The notes beneath the pieces were generated by a model, which saw only the letters and a list, made by a program, of their open reading frames with translations, was not told the DNA's origin and made no database searches. Positions 1 to 10,137 of a stretch of 64,000 nt of DNA are shown piece after piece. Each line of letters opens with the position of its first letter. The stretch's first letter is position 1. A program made the position numbers and the translations under genes. The DNA comes from Candidatus Omnitrophota bacterium (GTDB lineage Bacteria; Omnitrophota; Gorgyraeia; Zapsychrales; Fredricksoniimonadaceae), in the NCBI GenBank assembly GCA_043742785.1, contig JAYTXU010000063.1, forward strand, positions 7,997 to 71,996, read 5' to 3'.

Positions 1-465
1 ATGAAGGGTTCAGAAAGTCTTTTAGGTAAAGGAGATTTATTATTTATCAGGCCGGGTGATTCGAAGCCTGTCCGTGGTCAATGTTGTTATGTCTCCGATG
101 AAGAAATCAACCGTGTGATTGAACATATTAAAAAACAAGCAACTCCTGAATATAATGAAACTGTTCTTAAGCCTCAGGTAGTGACTGCTGCTGGTAATGG
201 AGCAGGTGAAGACGAAATGTATGATGAAGCAGTAAGAGTGGTTGTTGAAACTAATCAGGCTTCTGTTTCCGTCTTGCAGCGACGTTTAAGGCTTGGCTAT
301 TCGCGTGCCGCTAGACTTATTGATATTATGGAACAAAATGGTATAGTAGGACCTTATGCTGGAAGTAAAGCACGAGACATTCTTGTTGATCGTGAAAAAT
401 GGTTAATAGAAAATATGGGACAAGTAACAAATGACACAGACAAGCCCCAAGAACAGCCCCAATAG
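1..465 (+). CDS. ftsK: DNA translocase FtsK, C-terminal part (gene begins upstream of the window)
   Basis: GSESLLGKGDLLF (end of the ATPase domain); gamma domain ASVSVLQRRLRLGYSRAARLIDIMEQNGIVG. Confidence 0.95.
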   Translation: MKGSESLLGKGDLLFIRPGDSKPVRGQCCYVSDEEINRVIEHIKKQATPEYNETVLKPQVVTAAGNGAGEDEMYDEAVRVVVETNQASVSVLQRRLRLGYSRAARLIDIMEQNGIVGPYAGSKARDILVDREKWLIENMGQVTNDTDKPQEQPQ

Positions 466-1300
466 TTCTTTATTAAAAGAGACAAGAATATCTAAAGGTT
501 TGACGTTAGATATTGTTCATGAAGCAACCAAGATCCCAATGGATGTTCTTAAAGCTATTGAAGAAGGTTATTCCATTCGTATTTTGACACCGTTTTATTA
601 TCGCGGATTTGTAAAAATCTATTCTGAATTTCTTGGACTTAAAGTAGCGGATGTTCTAAAAGAATATAATGTACAACCTTCTGAAGTTAAAATAGTTCCT
701 AAATATATCAAGTCAACTCCAAAAGCGGCTGTTCAAACACCCAATGTATTAATAGAACAAACTCAAGAGTTTTGGAGAATTTTATGGACGACAAAGACAA
801 GAAATAATTTATTGCGTATTGCAGCTGCAATAGTAGCTTTGATCGTTTTTGTTAAGGTTGTAGGTTGTGTAGCAGGGGCTATCAAATCAAGGCCAAAGAA
901 TTCAAAGACAGTTGTTTTGCTTAAGAATAATAAGAAGGTCTCTCAGGTTAAGAAGGAACAATTTAAAGAAGAAGCAAGAATAGAAGAGGAAGAACCTGTT
1001 AAGGAAGCTGCTAAAATTATTGTTGCCCAGGCGCAGAATCGTAAGGTGACTCTAGCTGTTCATGCGTCTAAGGATACTTCCATTCAAATTAAAGTAGATG
1101 GAAAGATTGTTTTTCAAATGACTATGAAAAAAGGTACGGTTGAAAATTGGGAAGCTAACAATGAAATTGAACTCTCTGGAAAGAATATAGGAAGTTTAGA
1201 TTTGGAAGTTAATGGTAAGGATATCAGTTCTCTGAGTTCTGCTAACAGGCGAGCAAAGAGTGTGGTAATTACAAAGGATGGACTGACCGTTAAGAAATGA
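431..1300 (+). CDS. rodZ: RodZ-like protein (HTH, transmembrane helix, DUF4115)
   Basis: N-terminal HTH ...TKIPMDVLKAIEEG...YYRGFVKIYSEFLGL, one TM helix, C-terminal beta domain; ftsK-rodZ-rimO-pgsA gene order. Confidence 0.85.
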   Translation: MTQTSPKNSPNSSLLKETRISKGLTLDIVHEATKIPMDVLKAIEEGYSIRILTPFYYRGFVKIYSEFLGLKVADVLKEYNVQPSEVKIVPKYIKSTPKAAVQTPNVLIEQTQEFWRILWTTKTRNNLLRIAAAIVALIVFVKVVGCVAGAIKSRPKNSKTVVLLKNNKKVSQVKKEQFKEEARIEEEEPVKEAAKIIVAQAQNRKVTLAVHASKDTSIQIKVDGKIVFQMTMKKGTVENWEANNEIELSGKNIGSLDLEVNGKDISSLSSANRRAKSVVITKDGLTVKK

Positions 1301-2595
1301 AAACTACAAGTGATTTTCAAAGAGAGCGTTTAAACGCCGGCCAAAAGGTCGGCGTTATTAATTTAGGGTGTGCCCGTAATTTGGTCGATGCCCAGATGAT
1401 GTTGGGCCGTTTAAAGAAAAACGGTCATCGTATTGTGGATGTCAATCAGGCAGAAACGGTGATTGTGAATACTTGTTCTTTTATTGAAGAGGCTAGAAAA
1501 GAATCAGTTGATACTATTCTTGATTTACTGGAATTAAAGAAGCAGGGAAAGATTAAAAAAGTTATTGTCGCTGGTTGTTTAGCGCAAAGATACGGTAAGG
1601 ATTTAGCAGAAGAATTTAAAGAGGTTGATGCTTTTGTGGGAACGCCAACACTTAAGTCTGATGGCAATTCAGATCAGTTGCAGCTGACCCCTAAACATTT
1701 TGCCTATGTGAAGATTTGTGAAAGTTGTTTCAATGCCTGCTCTTTTTGTGCCATTCCAAAGATTAAGGGTAAATTTATTTCCCGTACGATTGAATCGATA
1801 GTAAAGGAAGTGGAAGCTTTAGATGCTAAGGGCGTTAAGGAAATTAATATTATCGGACAGGATATTACCGCCTATGGGATGGATCTTTATAGACAGAAAT
1901 CTTTAGCTAAACTTTTAAAAGAATTGGTTAAGGTAACTAAGAATGTACAGTGGATTCGTTTGTTGTATGCTTTCCCAGCCCATGTGACTGATGAGTTGAT
2001 TGAGGTGATCGCAAGTGAAGAAAAGATATGCAAGTATATTGATATGCCCCTTCAACATGTGAGTGATCATATTCTAAAAGAGCAAAATAGAAATATTACG
2101 ACTCGGCAAACCTATGATTTAATGAATAAGATTCGAATCAAAATTCCAAATGGATTTATACGCACCACCTATATTGTTGGTATGCCCGGTGAAACCAAGG
2201 AAGATTTTGGGCAGCTAAGAGAATTTAATCAAAAGATGCGTTTTGAAAGGGTGGGTGTTTTTATTTATTCTAAAGAAGAAGACACAAAAGCTGCTTTAAT
2301 GAGTAATCATGTTCCTGAGAGAATTAAGAAAGAACGTTTGGATATTCTCATGCGTGATCAGCAGGAGATTTCTAAAGAGATCCAGCAGTCCTTTGTGGGA
2401 CGTCATTTAAAGGTGCTGATTGAAGAAAAAGAAAAGAATAGTAAGGATACCTTTATTGGACGAAGCGAATGGGACGCTCCAGATGTGGATGGTTTGGTTT
2501 ATGTTCGATCCTCCAAGATATTAAAAGTGGGGGATTTTGTGGATGTGGAAATTACCGATGCCTATGAATATGATTTAGCGGGAGTGGTAATATGA
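1297..2595 (+). CDS. rimO: Ribosomal protein S12 methylthiotransferase RimO
   Basis: LGCARNLVD, NTCSFI, GCLAQRY, radical SAM CxxxCxxC (CFNACSFC), C-terminal TRAM domain with APDVDG. Confidence 0.93.
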   Translation: MKTTSDFQRERLNAGQKVGVINLGCARNLVDAQMMLGRLKKNGHRIVDVNQAETVIVNTCSFIEEARKESVDTILDLLELKKQGKIKKVIVAGCLAQRYGKDLAEEFKEVDAFVGTPTLKSDGNSDQLQLTPKHFAYVKICESCFNACSFCAIPKIKGKFISRTIESIVKEVEALDAKGVKEINIIGQDITAYGMDLYRQKSLAKLLKELVKVTKNVQWIRLLYAFPAHVTDELIEVIASEEKICKYIDMPLQHVSDHILKEQNRNITTRQTYDLMNKIRIKIPNGFIRTTYIVGMPGETKEDFGQLREFNQKMRFERVGVFIYSKEEDTKAALMSNHVPERIKKERLDILMRDQQEISKEIQQSFVGRHLKVLIEEKEKNSKDTFIGRSEWDAPDVDGLVYVRSSKILKVGDFVDVEITDAYEYDLAGVVI

Positions 2596-3164
2596 ACCTT
2601 CCTAATATATTGACTTTATCCCGTATTGGTTTTGCGGTTGTTTTAGTGTATTTACTTCTTCTTAATTCTTTAACGGGACATATTTGGGCAGCTATTTTCT
2701 TTGCCGTGGCATCGATCACAGATTTTTATGATGGCTATTTAGCAAAAAGAAATGGACTTATTAGTGATTTTGGAAAGATCATGGATCCCATTGCGGATAA
2801 GGTGCTTATTCTTTCGATCTTTTTTGTACTAGCTTATATGGGAATGTTAGTCTGGTGGATGGTGATTCTCATTGCTTTCCGTGAGATCTGGATCACGGTG
2901 GATCGTCTTTTATCGATGCGTAAAGGTCAGGTTTTGGCAGCCGAACGCGCAGGAAAAATTAAAACCGTTTTTCAAATTGCAACCATCTCAATTATCTTGC
3001 TTTATTTAATTTTAACCCAGGCGTCTATTGCCAGCAACTGGTTTAATCCTATTCAAAATTCTTATCTGCTTGTTATCAAGATCTTTATGATAATGACCGT
3101 TTTTTTGACCATTGGTTCGGGGCTTATTTATTTTCAAAATAAAATAAGGAATTCTTCTATATGA
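2592..3164 (+). CDS. pgsA: CDP-diacylglycerol-glycerol-3-phosphate 3-phosphatidyltransferase
   Basis: NLPNILTLSR; CDP-alcohol phosphotransferase motif DFYDGYLAK...G...DPIADK. Confidence 0.93.
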   Translation: MNLPNILTLSRIGFAVVLVYLLLLNSLTGHIWAAIFFAVASITDFYDGYLAKRNGLISDFGKIMDPIADKVLILSIFFVLAYMGMLVWWMVILIAFREIWITVDRLLSMRKGQVLAAERAGKIKTVFQIATISIILLYLILTQASIASNWFNPIQNSYLLVIKIFMIMTVFLTIGSGLIYFQNKIRNSSI

Positions 3165-3613
3165 AGAAATTAGCCATAGCTTTTGGTACAGTTTTAGGGA
3201 TTGGTTTTTTTCCTTTTGCACCAGGGACGGCAGCAACAGCCGCTGGAATTGGTTTGGTGTTCTTACTTCAGCATTCATTGATGGTTTATGTCATTGTTAT
3301 GCTGATACTTTTAATAGTTGCTATTCCTGTTTGCACGTATTTAGAAAAAGAGTTAAATCGAAAAGATCCTGGTATCTTAGTCATCGATGAAGTAGTGGGA
3401 ATTCTGATTGCTTTAATAGGTTTGCCTTTGACATGGTCCGTTGCAATTGTTGGATTCTTCTTGTTTCGGGCCTTTGATATGTTTAAAATATACCCCATTA
3501 ATCGATTCGAAGCCTTGCCTGGTGGTTTAGGAATTATGTTGGATGATGTCATGGCTGGTCTATATACAAATATTATTCTGCATATTGCTGTGCGATATGC
3601 GGGTTTGATTTAA
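3161..3613 (+). CDS. pgpA: Phosphatidylglycerophosphatase A
   Basis: APGT, DPG..VIDEVVG, FRAFDMFK, GGLGIMLDD motifs. Confidence 0.93.
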   Translation: MKKLAIAFGTVLGIGFFPFAPGTAATAAGIGLVFLLQHSLMVYVIVMLILLIVAIPVCTYLEKELNRKDPGILVIDEVVGILIALIGLPLTWSVAIVGFFLFRAFDMFKIYPINRFEALPGGLGIMLDDVMAGLYTNIILHIAVRYAGLI

Positions 3614-3617
3614 TAAT

Positions 3618-3646
3618 GTAGGGGTCCGAGCATACTCGGCCCGTAC
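3618..3646. repeat. REP-like palindrome of the GTAG type
   Basis: GTAGGGGTCCGAG-CATA-CTCGGCCCGTAC, a GC-rich hairpin starting GTAG in the pgpA-yccA spacer. Confidence 0.5.
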
Positions 3647-3665
3647 TCAAGAGAGGAAAAGTAAA

Positions 3666-4454
3666 ATGGAACAACAAAGTTCAAATCCAACACTTAATAG
3701 TGGAATTTTTGCCAAGGCAAGAGCTCAGGTAGGCTCTGGTCAAACCATGACTATTCAGGGAACCGTTAATAAAACGTTTATTCTTTTTGGGATACTCTTA
3801 TTAACAGCTACTTGGAGTTGGAGTTTTGCATCAGGTTCCAATCAGATGCTTGGTAGTAGAGGAGTTTCATCTATGATGGGTGCCAGTGCTGGCATTGCTA
3901 TGATGATCAGCGGTATTCTTGGCCTTATTTTAGCTTTGGCTACTAGTTTTAAGCCAAATTGGTCTCCAATTACGGCGCCCTTGTATGCCGCTTGCGAGGG
4001 AGTGCTTTTAGGAGCTGTTTCATTGGTGTTTGAACGTTCTTATCCAGGGATTGTTTTTCAAGCGGTGGGCTTAACCTTTGCCGCTTTGTTTGTGATGCTG
4101 GTTTCCTATCGTACGGGTTGGATTCAAGCGACCGAAGGTTTCCGTCGAGGATTGATGATAGCTATGATGGCATTAATGGCTTTTTATGCGGTTGTTTGGA
4201 TCGCTGGATTTTTTGGAGTTCATCCGCCAACTTTTATTAATGGAGGCGGCCTTATTGGTATCGGATTCAGTCTTTTTGTAGTGGGCATTGCTACATTAAA
4301 TTTAATTCTGGATTTTGACCTTATTGAACGTGGCTCTCAAGAAGGTTTAGAAAAGTATATGGAATGGTACGGCGGATTTGCTTTGATGGTCACGTTAATT
4401 TGGCTTTATTTTGAAATGTTAAGATTACTTTCTAAATTAAGTCGTCGTGATTAG
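3666..4454 (+). CDS. Bax inhibitor-1/YccA family membrane protein
   Basis: SSNP start, MTIQGTVNKT, LYAACEG, NLILDFDLIE, MEWYGGFALMVTLIWLYFEMLRLL. Confidence 0.9.
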   Translation: MEQQSSNPTLNSGIFAKARAQVGSGQTMTIQGTVNKTFILFGILLLTATWSWSFASGSNQMLGSRGVSSMMGASAGIAMMISGILGLILALATSFKPNWSPITAPLYAACEGVLLGAVSLVFERSYPGIVFQAVGLTFAALFVMLVSYRTGWIQATEGFRRGLMIAMMALMAFYAVVWIAGFFGVHPPTFINGGGLIGIGFSLFVVGIATLNLILDFDLIERGSQEGLEKYMEWYGGFALMVTLIWLYFEMLRLLSKLSRRD

Positions 4455-4485
4455 AATGAATAATTAGTGCCTGTCACTATTTATA

Positions 4486-4719
4486 TTAGATGGAGATTTT
4501 CTTATTGAGAAAATTAAGAACAGGACTTGTATTTAGCCATAAGTACATTGTTTTATTAACGCGATTGGCTAGATAGGTTTTAGAATAATTGTTAATCCAT
4601 TCCCTAGAAGCTCTTTCATAACCAATATCTTGACCTTCTTTTTCGCTTTGGCACCATTTGTAATTATTAATCTCTTTAATAATTTCTTGATCTTTGAGTA
4701 ATTCAGTAATCCCTGCCAT
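4486..4719 (-). CDS. Small DUF4032-like protein
   Basis: EINNYKWCQSEKEGQDIGYERASREW resembles the DUF4032 motif; AGGAG ribosome-binding site upstream. Confidence 0.65.
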   Translation of the reverse strand: MAGITELLKDQEIIKEINNYKWCQSEKEGQDIGYERASREWINNYSKTYLANRVNKTMYLWLNTSPVLNFLNKKISI

Positions 4720-4730
4720 TTTGGTCTCCT

Positions 4731-5423
4731 TTATTTCTTTTTCTTTTTGAGTATCTCGTAAACAACATCAATGATGATTAGTAAAGCAGCAAACAGAATT
4801 AAACCATATGTTCTTTCGTTCATAGGCTTATGTTCTAAGAGAATACGGGTTTTTAGATGAAAAGTAATAATAAGAATAGTAATCCAGAAGATGGTTTTAT
4901 ATTCTTTGCTAAAAATAAGTCTTTGTAAATCAAAATGCCATTGCTCTCCTTCAGTGTAGGGGATTAGGGAAGGGAATAAGGACGGAACCTTAGCGCAATA
5001 ATCTTGAAAAGTCTTACCAAATTTCTTTAGCAGCATTCCTTGTTCATCTTTGATGGTTTTTGAGTATATAAATCCTAAGGTGATGAGGAAAATAATTTTA
5101 ACTAGATTTCCAAAGTTATTATCCAGATGGATTAGATTCATATCAAGGTTCAGAATGAACATAAAACCAATGGCGATTAAAAATGTTCCTAGATAAAGGG
5201 GATTGCGTACAAAGGAATACGGGCCGGATGTTGTTAGTTTATCATTTTTGATGGCATATCCGTTGGACCACAGACGAATAAGAAGTCCTGCAATCACATA
5301 GCCGATGCCGGTGCGTAAGGATTGATCATTTACAGATCCAAAAAGTAAAAATAATAAACCAAAAGGATAGATGATAGCAAAACGTGGTTTAAATGATCGC
5401 TCGACACGGTGTTTTAAATTCAT
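4731..5423 (-). CDS. Isoprenylcysteine carboxylmethyltransferase / PEMT family membrane protein
   Basis: LTTSGPYSFVRNPLYLG; EQ..L...FG..F..YC..VP. Confidence 0.85.
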   Translation of the reverse strand: MNLKHRVERSFKPRFAIIYPFGLLFLLFGSVNDQSLRTGIGYVIAGLLIRLWSNGYAIKNDKLTTSGPYSFVRNPLYLGTFLIAIGFMFILNLDMNLIHLDNNFGNLVKIIFLITLGFIYSKTIKDEQGMLLKKFGKTFQDYCAKVPSLFPSLIPYTEGEQWHFDLQRLIFSKEYKTIFWITILIITFHLKTRILLEHKPMNERTYGLILFAALLIIIDVVYEILKKKKK

Positions 5424-5437
5424 AGTTTGATATTATA
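5424..5437 (-). promoter_or_regulatory. -10 element (TATAAT) 8 nt before the ATG; probable leaderless transcript
   Basis: Minus-strand TATAAT at 5437-5432 with no Shine-Dalgarno before the start at 5423. Confidence 0.5.
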
Positions 5438-5481
5438 CTTTTTTTTAAATAAAAACAAACTAATAATCATTCATTTTTAGC

Positions 5482-5949
5482 TTAGGAGACGGCTTTGATA
5501 AGCATTTCGAGGGCTTTATTAACTGCTTGGGTTTTAATCGAGATTCTGGAACCTTTAAAATGACATTGGGACAGAATTGTTTTCTGTTTGTTGGCTAAGG
5601 CGATAAATACAAGTCCTACTGGTTTATTCTTTGAGCCGCCTGTTGGGCCTGCAATTCCGGTAATTCCAATTCCGAAGTCTGTGTTGAGGATTTTTCGGAC
5701 ATTTTGCGCCATTAATTTGGCGACAGGAAGGCTAACAGCTCCATGTTTCTTGATAATGTTAGGAGAAATTTTTAGCAGATTGACTTTAGCTTTATTATCG
5801 TAGGCAATAATCCCAAGCCAAAAGAAGAGGGAAGAGCCCGGAATGTTGGTGAAACGATTAGCCAATAGTCCTCCCGTACAGGATTCGGCTAAAGCGATTG
5901 TTTGCCCTTTATTTAGAAGAATTTTAGATAGTTTTTGTTCAGCACGCAT
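5482..5949 (-). CDS. pncC: CinA C-terminal domain protein / NMN deamidase PncC
   Basis: AESCTGG, PGSS, HGAVS, GITGIAGPTGG, KPVGLV. Confidence 0.9.
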   Translation of the reverse strand: MRAEQKLSKILLNKGQTIALAESCTGGLLANRFTNIPGSSLFFWLGIIAYDNKAKVNLLKISPNIIKKHGAVSLPVAKLMAQNVRKILNTDFGIGITGIAGPTGGSKNKPVGLVFIALANKQKTILSQCHFKGSRISIKTQAVNKALEMLIKAVS

Positions 5950-6007
5950 GTTATTTGCTCTAGGTTAGTTATGAAAATTATGGTCATTATAGGTCGGGGG
6001 AAATGCG

Positions 6008-6036
6008 TTGACAAGGGCTATTTTCTGGCATATACT
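6008..6036 (+). promoter_or_regulatory. Sigma70 promoter of the rib operon
   Basis: TTGACA-17 nt-TATACT, 25 nt before the ribBA ATG. Confidence 0.8.
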
Positions 6037-6061
6037 TTGGTTTTTAATTGGAGGATAAAAC

Positions 6062-7264
6062 ATGTTTAATTCTATTCCCGAAGTTTTAGAAGAACTTAAA
6101 AATGGCCGCATGGTCATTGTTATGGATGATGAAGGTCGTGAAAATGAAGGGGATGTGCTTATTGCAGCAGAGCATATCAATGCAGATGCGATTAATTTTA
6201 TGGCTAAGTACGCTCGTGGCCTTGTTTGTGTGCCTATGGAAGATGCAAGGCTTGCCGAGCTTGATTTACATCCTATGAAGGAAGATGTAAATTCCAAGCA
6301 TCAAAAATGCAACACTGCTTGGACGGTGACCGTAGATTCCGCTTTTGGTGTGACAACCGGTATTTCTGCAGCAGATCGTGCAAAAACCGTTGAAGATTTG
6401 ATTAATCCAAAATCCAAGCCTTCGGATTTTGTGACTCCAGGACATTTATTTCCCTTAAGAGCTCGTCGTGGTGGTGTGTTAGTACGCGCTGGTCATACGG
6501 AAGCATCGGTCGATTTAATGAAATTAGCTGGCCTTTATCCAGCAGGGGTTATCTGTGAAATCATGAATGAAGACGGCACCATGGCTCGTACGAATGATTT
6601 GATTGCCTTTTCTCAAACACATAAAATAAAAATTTGTACAATCGATAGTTTGATTGAATATCGCCGTAAAACTGAGCAGTTAATAGAACGCGTGGCTGAG
6701 TCAGAATTGCCGACTGAGTTTGGTGATTTTCATATGGTGGTTTATGAATCTAAGATTGATGGGGCTGTTCATTTAGCTTTAGTAAAGGGTAAGATTGATG
6801 GGACAACTCCTATATTAGTTCGTGCGCAGTCCGAATGCTTAACAGGAGATGTTTTTGGTTCTCAGCGTTGTGATTGCAATGCTCAGTTAAAAGCCGCGAT
6901 GAAAGGTATTCAAGAGGCTGGTTCTGGTGTTTTGTTATATATTCGTCAGCAGGAAGGTCGTGGTATTGGCTTGGTCAATAAGATTAAAGCCTATGGATTA
7001 CAAGATGACGGCATGGATACCGTTGAAGCTAATCAGGCTTTAGGTTTTCCTGCTGATTTGCGCGATTATGGTTTAGGTGCCCAAATTTTAGTGGATTTAG
7101 GCGTGAAACAAATTCGATTATTGACTAATAATCCCCGTAAAATCGTGGGTCTTGAAGGTTATGGTCTTTCTGTCGTAGAACGTGTACCCATTAAAATAGC
7201 GCATAATCCTAAAAATGAGAAATACCTTAAGACTAAGAAAGAAAAGTTAGGACATCTTTTATAG
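6062..7264 (+). CDS. ribBA: Bifunctional DHBP synthase / GTP cyclohydrolase II
   Basis: [54 protein letters not shown]. Confidence 0.96.
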   Translation: MFNSIPEVLEELKNGRMVIVMDDEGRENEGDVLIAAEHINADAINFMAKYARGLVCVPMEDARLAELDLHPMKEDVNSKHQKCNTAWTVTVDSAFGVTTGISAADRAKTVEDLINPKSKPSDFVTPGHLFPLRARRGGVLVRAGHTEASVDLMKLAGLYPAGVICEIMNEDGTMARTNDLIAFSQTHKIKICTIDSLIEYRRKTEQLIERVAESELPTEFGDFHMVVYESKIDGAVHLALVKGKIDGTTPILVRAQSECLTGDVFGSQRCDCNAQLKAAMKGIQEAGSGVLLYIRQQEGRGIGLVNKIKAYGLQDDGMDTVEANQALGFPADLRDYGLGAQILVDLGVKQIRLLTNNPRKIVGLEGYGLSVVERVPIKIAHNPKNEKYLKTKKEKLGHLL

Positions 7265-7286
7265 TCTTCCGGGCATAGGTATAAAC

Positions 7287-7757
7287 ATGGCTATTAAGAA
7301 AAAACCTAGAAAGACTTTAGTTCCCAAGGTTCATATTGCGATTATCGTTGCTCGATTTAATGATTTCATATCCAAAGCTCTTCTAAACGCATGTTTGATG
7401 GAACTTAAAACTAAAGGGTTAAGGGATAGTCAAATAACAACCCTTTGGGTTCCTGGTTCTTTTGAAATTCCTCTGACTGCTTTAAAATTAGCTCAAAAAA
7501 AGAATATTGATGCTGTTATTTGTTTAGGCGCAGTGATCCGCGGCGATACTTTTCACTTTGAAGTGGTGGCTAATGAAACTTCACGCGGCATCATGGAGGC
7601 ATCGTTACAGACAGGTAAGCCTATTGTGATGGGGGTTCTGACAACGGACACTATCGATCAAGCCAAAAAGAGAGCGCAAGAAAAGGGCGGGTCTAATAAA
7701 GGTCGTGATGCAGCGATTACAGCTTTAGAGATGGTTCATTTATTAAAGAAATTCTAA
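7287..7757 (+). CDS. ribH: 6,7-dimethyl-8-ribityllumazine synthase
   Basis: ARFN, VPGSFEIP, LGAVIRGDT.HF, NKG.DAA. Confidence 0.96.
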   Translation: MAIKKKPRKTLVPKVHIAIIVARFNDFISKALLNACLMELKTKGLRDSQITTLWVPGSFEIPLTALKLAQKKNIDAVICLGAVIRGDTFHFEVVANETSRGIMEASLQTGKPIVMGVLTTDTIDQAKKRAQEKGGSNKGRDAAITALEMVHLLKKF

Positions 7758-7781
7758 AATATTCTTCTTTGGAAAACTATT

Positions 7782-8204
7782 ATGCGACGTAGAACTTTAT
7801 CACGCGAACATGCATTGAAAATTTTGTATCAAGTAGAGATTACTCATCGAGAATTAGATTTGATTTTGTTAGATTATTGGAAAATGGAAGAGGTTAGTGA
7901 TCAGGAAGTGATGACCTACGCCAAAATAATTGCTCAGGGTGTGTTAAAAGAAATATCTATTCTTGATGAGAAGATTTCTAAATATGCTACCAACTGGCAG
8001 TTAAAACGCATGGCTGTGATTGATCGCAATGTTATGCGTATTGGTCTTTTTGAATTGCAGCATACAACCGATGTTCCTCCTAAGGTTGCTATCAACGAAG
8101 CTGTTGATTTGGCCAAAAAATATGGTGATTTAGAGTCCAGCAAATTCGTCAACGGAATTCTGGATAAGATTCATAAAAAAGAAATCGTTGAACCTCACAA
8201 TTAA
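7782..8204 (+). CDS. nusB: Transcription antitermination factor NusB
   Basis: RRRTLSRE, DRNVMR, VAINEAVDLAKKYG, FVNGILD. Confidence 0.96.
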   Translation: MRRRTLSREHALKILYQVEITHRELDLILLDYWKMEEVSDQEVMTYAKIIAQGVLKEISILDEKISKYATNWQLKRMAVIDRNVMRIGLFELQHTTDVPPKVAINEAVDLAKKYGDLESSKFVNGILDKIHKKEIVEPHN

Positions 8205-8207
8205 TTC

Positions 8208-9044
8208 ATGCCTTCTTTTGCTGATTTGCATATTCATACCTATTATTCGGACAGCACGTCTTCTCCTCAAGAGGTGGTTGATCAAGCTGTCAAGAATGGT
8301 TTATCCTGCATTGCTATTACCGATCATGATGTGACCGATGGCATAGCCCCTACTCAGGAAGCTGCCAAGGCTGTTAATCTGGAGGTTATACCGGGAATTG
8401 AATTGTCTTCTGAATTTGAAGGTAAGGATATTCATATTTTAGGGTATTTTATCGATTTTAAGAAAGGCCCCTTAGTTGAAAAGATAGAATCTTATTTAGA
8501 TGAACGCGTTAAGCGTATGAAGCAGATGATCTTCAATTTGCAGTCTTTTGGCATTAAAGATATTTTCTATGAAGAAATTGCAGCGATGACAAAGTCCAGA
8601 GCAGTGGGTCGTGCTCATTTGGCAACCTTGCTTATTCAAAAAGGTCATGTAAGTTCGTTTAAAAATGCTTTTGATAAATATCTGGCTTTGGGACGTCCTG
8701 GGTATGCGCCTAAGTTTAGTCAAACTCCATTTGAAGCGATTGATTTGATTCATCAAAGCGGAGGATTGGCCGTAATGGCTCATCCCATGCTTACCCAAAA
8801 AGATGAATTGATTTCTCGGATGGTTAAGGGCGGGTTGGATGGGCTTGAGGTGTATTATCCTAATTGCATGCCGGTGGTGACTTGTTTTTATGAGAAGATC
8901 GCTCGCAAGAATGGTCTCTTATTGACGGGTGGATCTGATGCGCACGGGGCGGCCAAGGTTTATACCTATGTGGGGAAGGAACAAATTTCTTATGAATTGG
9001 TTGAAAAAATGAAACAGAAATTATCTCATGAAACCATTGTCTAA
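8208..9044 (+). CDS. PHP domain phosphoesterase (TrpH/YciV-like)
   Basis: DLHIHTYYSD, ITDHD, GIELS, HILGY, GRAH, AHP, GGSDAHG. Confidence 0.9.
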   Translation: MPSFADLHIHTYYSDSTSSPQEVVDQAVKNGLSCIAITDHDVTDGIAPTQEAAKAVNLEVIPGIELSSEFEGKDIHILGYFIDFKKGPLVEKIESYLDERVKRMKQMIFNLQSFGIKDIFYEEIAAMTKSRAVGRAHLATLLIQKGHVSSFKNAFDKYLALGRPGYAPKFSQTPFEAIDLIHQSGGLAVMAHPMLTQKDELISRMVKGGLDGLEVYYPNCMPVVTCFYEKIARKNGLLLTGGSDAHGAAKVYTYVGKEQISYELVEKMKQKLSHETIV

Positions 9045-10137
9045 TTATATGCAACGCGCTTACCAACTAGCCCAAAAGGGTCGAGGGTTCACCTTGCCTA
9101 ATCCTATGGTGGGAGCTGTGATTGTTAAGCAGGGAAGGATTATCGCTGAAGGCTGGCATAAGCGTTGTGGTGGCGATCATGCGGAGATTGATGCCTTAAA
9201 GAAACTAGGTGACAAAGCCAAAGGGGCTACTCTTTATGTGACGCTGGAGCCTTGTTCTCATTTTGGTCGCACAGGTCCTTGTACCGAGGCTATTATTAAG
9301 GCGGGGATCAAGAAGGTTGTTATTGGTACCCTGGATCCTAATCCTATTAATCATGGACAATCGATTAACTTATTCAAGAAGGCAGGGGTTGATGTTGAGA
9401 CAGGATTTCTTCAAGACGAGTTAATTGCTATGAATGAAGTGTTTAATAAATATATCACTAAGAAATTGCCGTTTGTTGTGGCTAAATGCGCTCAAACCAT
9501 CGATGGTAAGATTGCTACAGTGACTGGCGAGTCGAAATGGATTACTTCAGAAGAAACACGAAGGTTTGCTCATGAGAAACGCAATGAATTTGACGCAATT
9601 ATGGTGGGGATTAATACTGTTTTAAAAGATGACCCGCAATTAAACGCCACTAGCAAGATTAAGCATTTAAAAAAGATTATTGTCGACTCCACCCTTCAGA
9701 TTTCTTTGAAGGCTAAATTATTTGTTGGCGCTAAACCTTCAGATATTTTCGTAGCAACCACCTCAAAAGCATCCAAGAAGAAAATTGAGATTCTTTCTAA
9801 AGGCGGCGTTCAAGTTTTGATTTCTCCGCTAAAGGGGAAGAATGGGCATGTTGATTTGAAATGGTTAATGAAAGAATTAGCTAAGAGAGAAATTTCTTAT
9901 GTATTAATCGAGGGGGGTGGGCGATTGATCGGTCGCGCTTTGAAAGATTCTTTGGTAGATCGTATGATGATCTATATAGCCCCTAAGATTGTTGGCGATC
10001 AAAATGCGATTAGTTCCGTCGCTGGATTAGGTGTTAAGAGTATTGATAAGGCTCTTGAATTAAAAGATCTGAAGATTAAACAAATAGGTCAGGACTTCTT
10101 GATAGAGGGAGACGTTCATGTTCACAGGAATCGTTGA
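9028..10137 (+). CDS. ribD: Riboflavin biosynthesis deaminase/reductase RibD
   Basis: PNPMVGA, HAE, TLEPCSH..RT.PC, SKWIT, IEGGG. Confidence 0.96.
   Translation: MKPLSNYMQRAYQLAQKGRGFTLPNPMVGAVIVKQGRIIAEGWHKRCGGDHAEIDALKKLGDKAKGATLYVTLEPCSHFGRTGPCTEAIIKAGIKKVVIGTLDPNPINHGQSINLFKKAGVDVETGFLQDELIAMNEVFNKYITKKLPFVVAKCAQTIDGKIATVTGESKWITSEETRRFAHEKRNEFDAIMVGINTVLKDDPQLNATSKIKHLKKIIVDSTLQISLKAKLFVGAKPSDIFVATTSKASKKKIEILSKGGVQVLISPLKGKNGHVDLKWLMKELAKREISYVLIEGGGRLIGRALKDSLVDRMMIYIAPKIVGDQNAISSVAGLGVKSIDKALELKDLKIKQIGQDFLIEGDVHVHRNR

Noticed and set aside
1333-1356. 10-bp hairpin AACGCCGGCC/GGTCGGCGTT near the start of rimO
   Set aside because: Single occurrence inside a coding region with no U tract; function cannot be supported.
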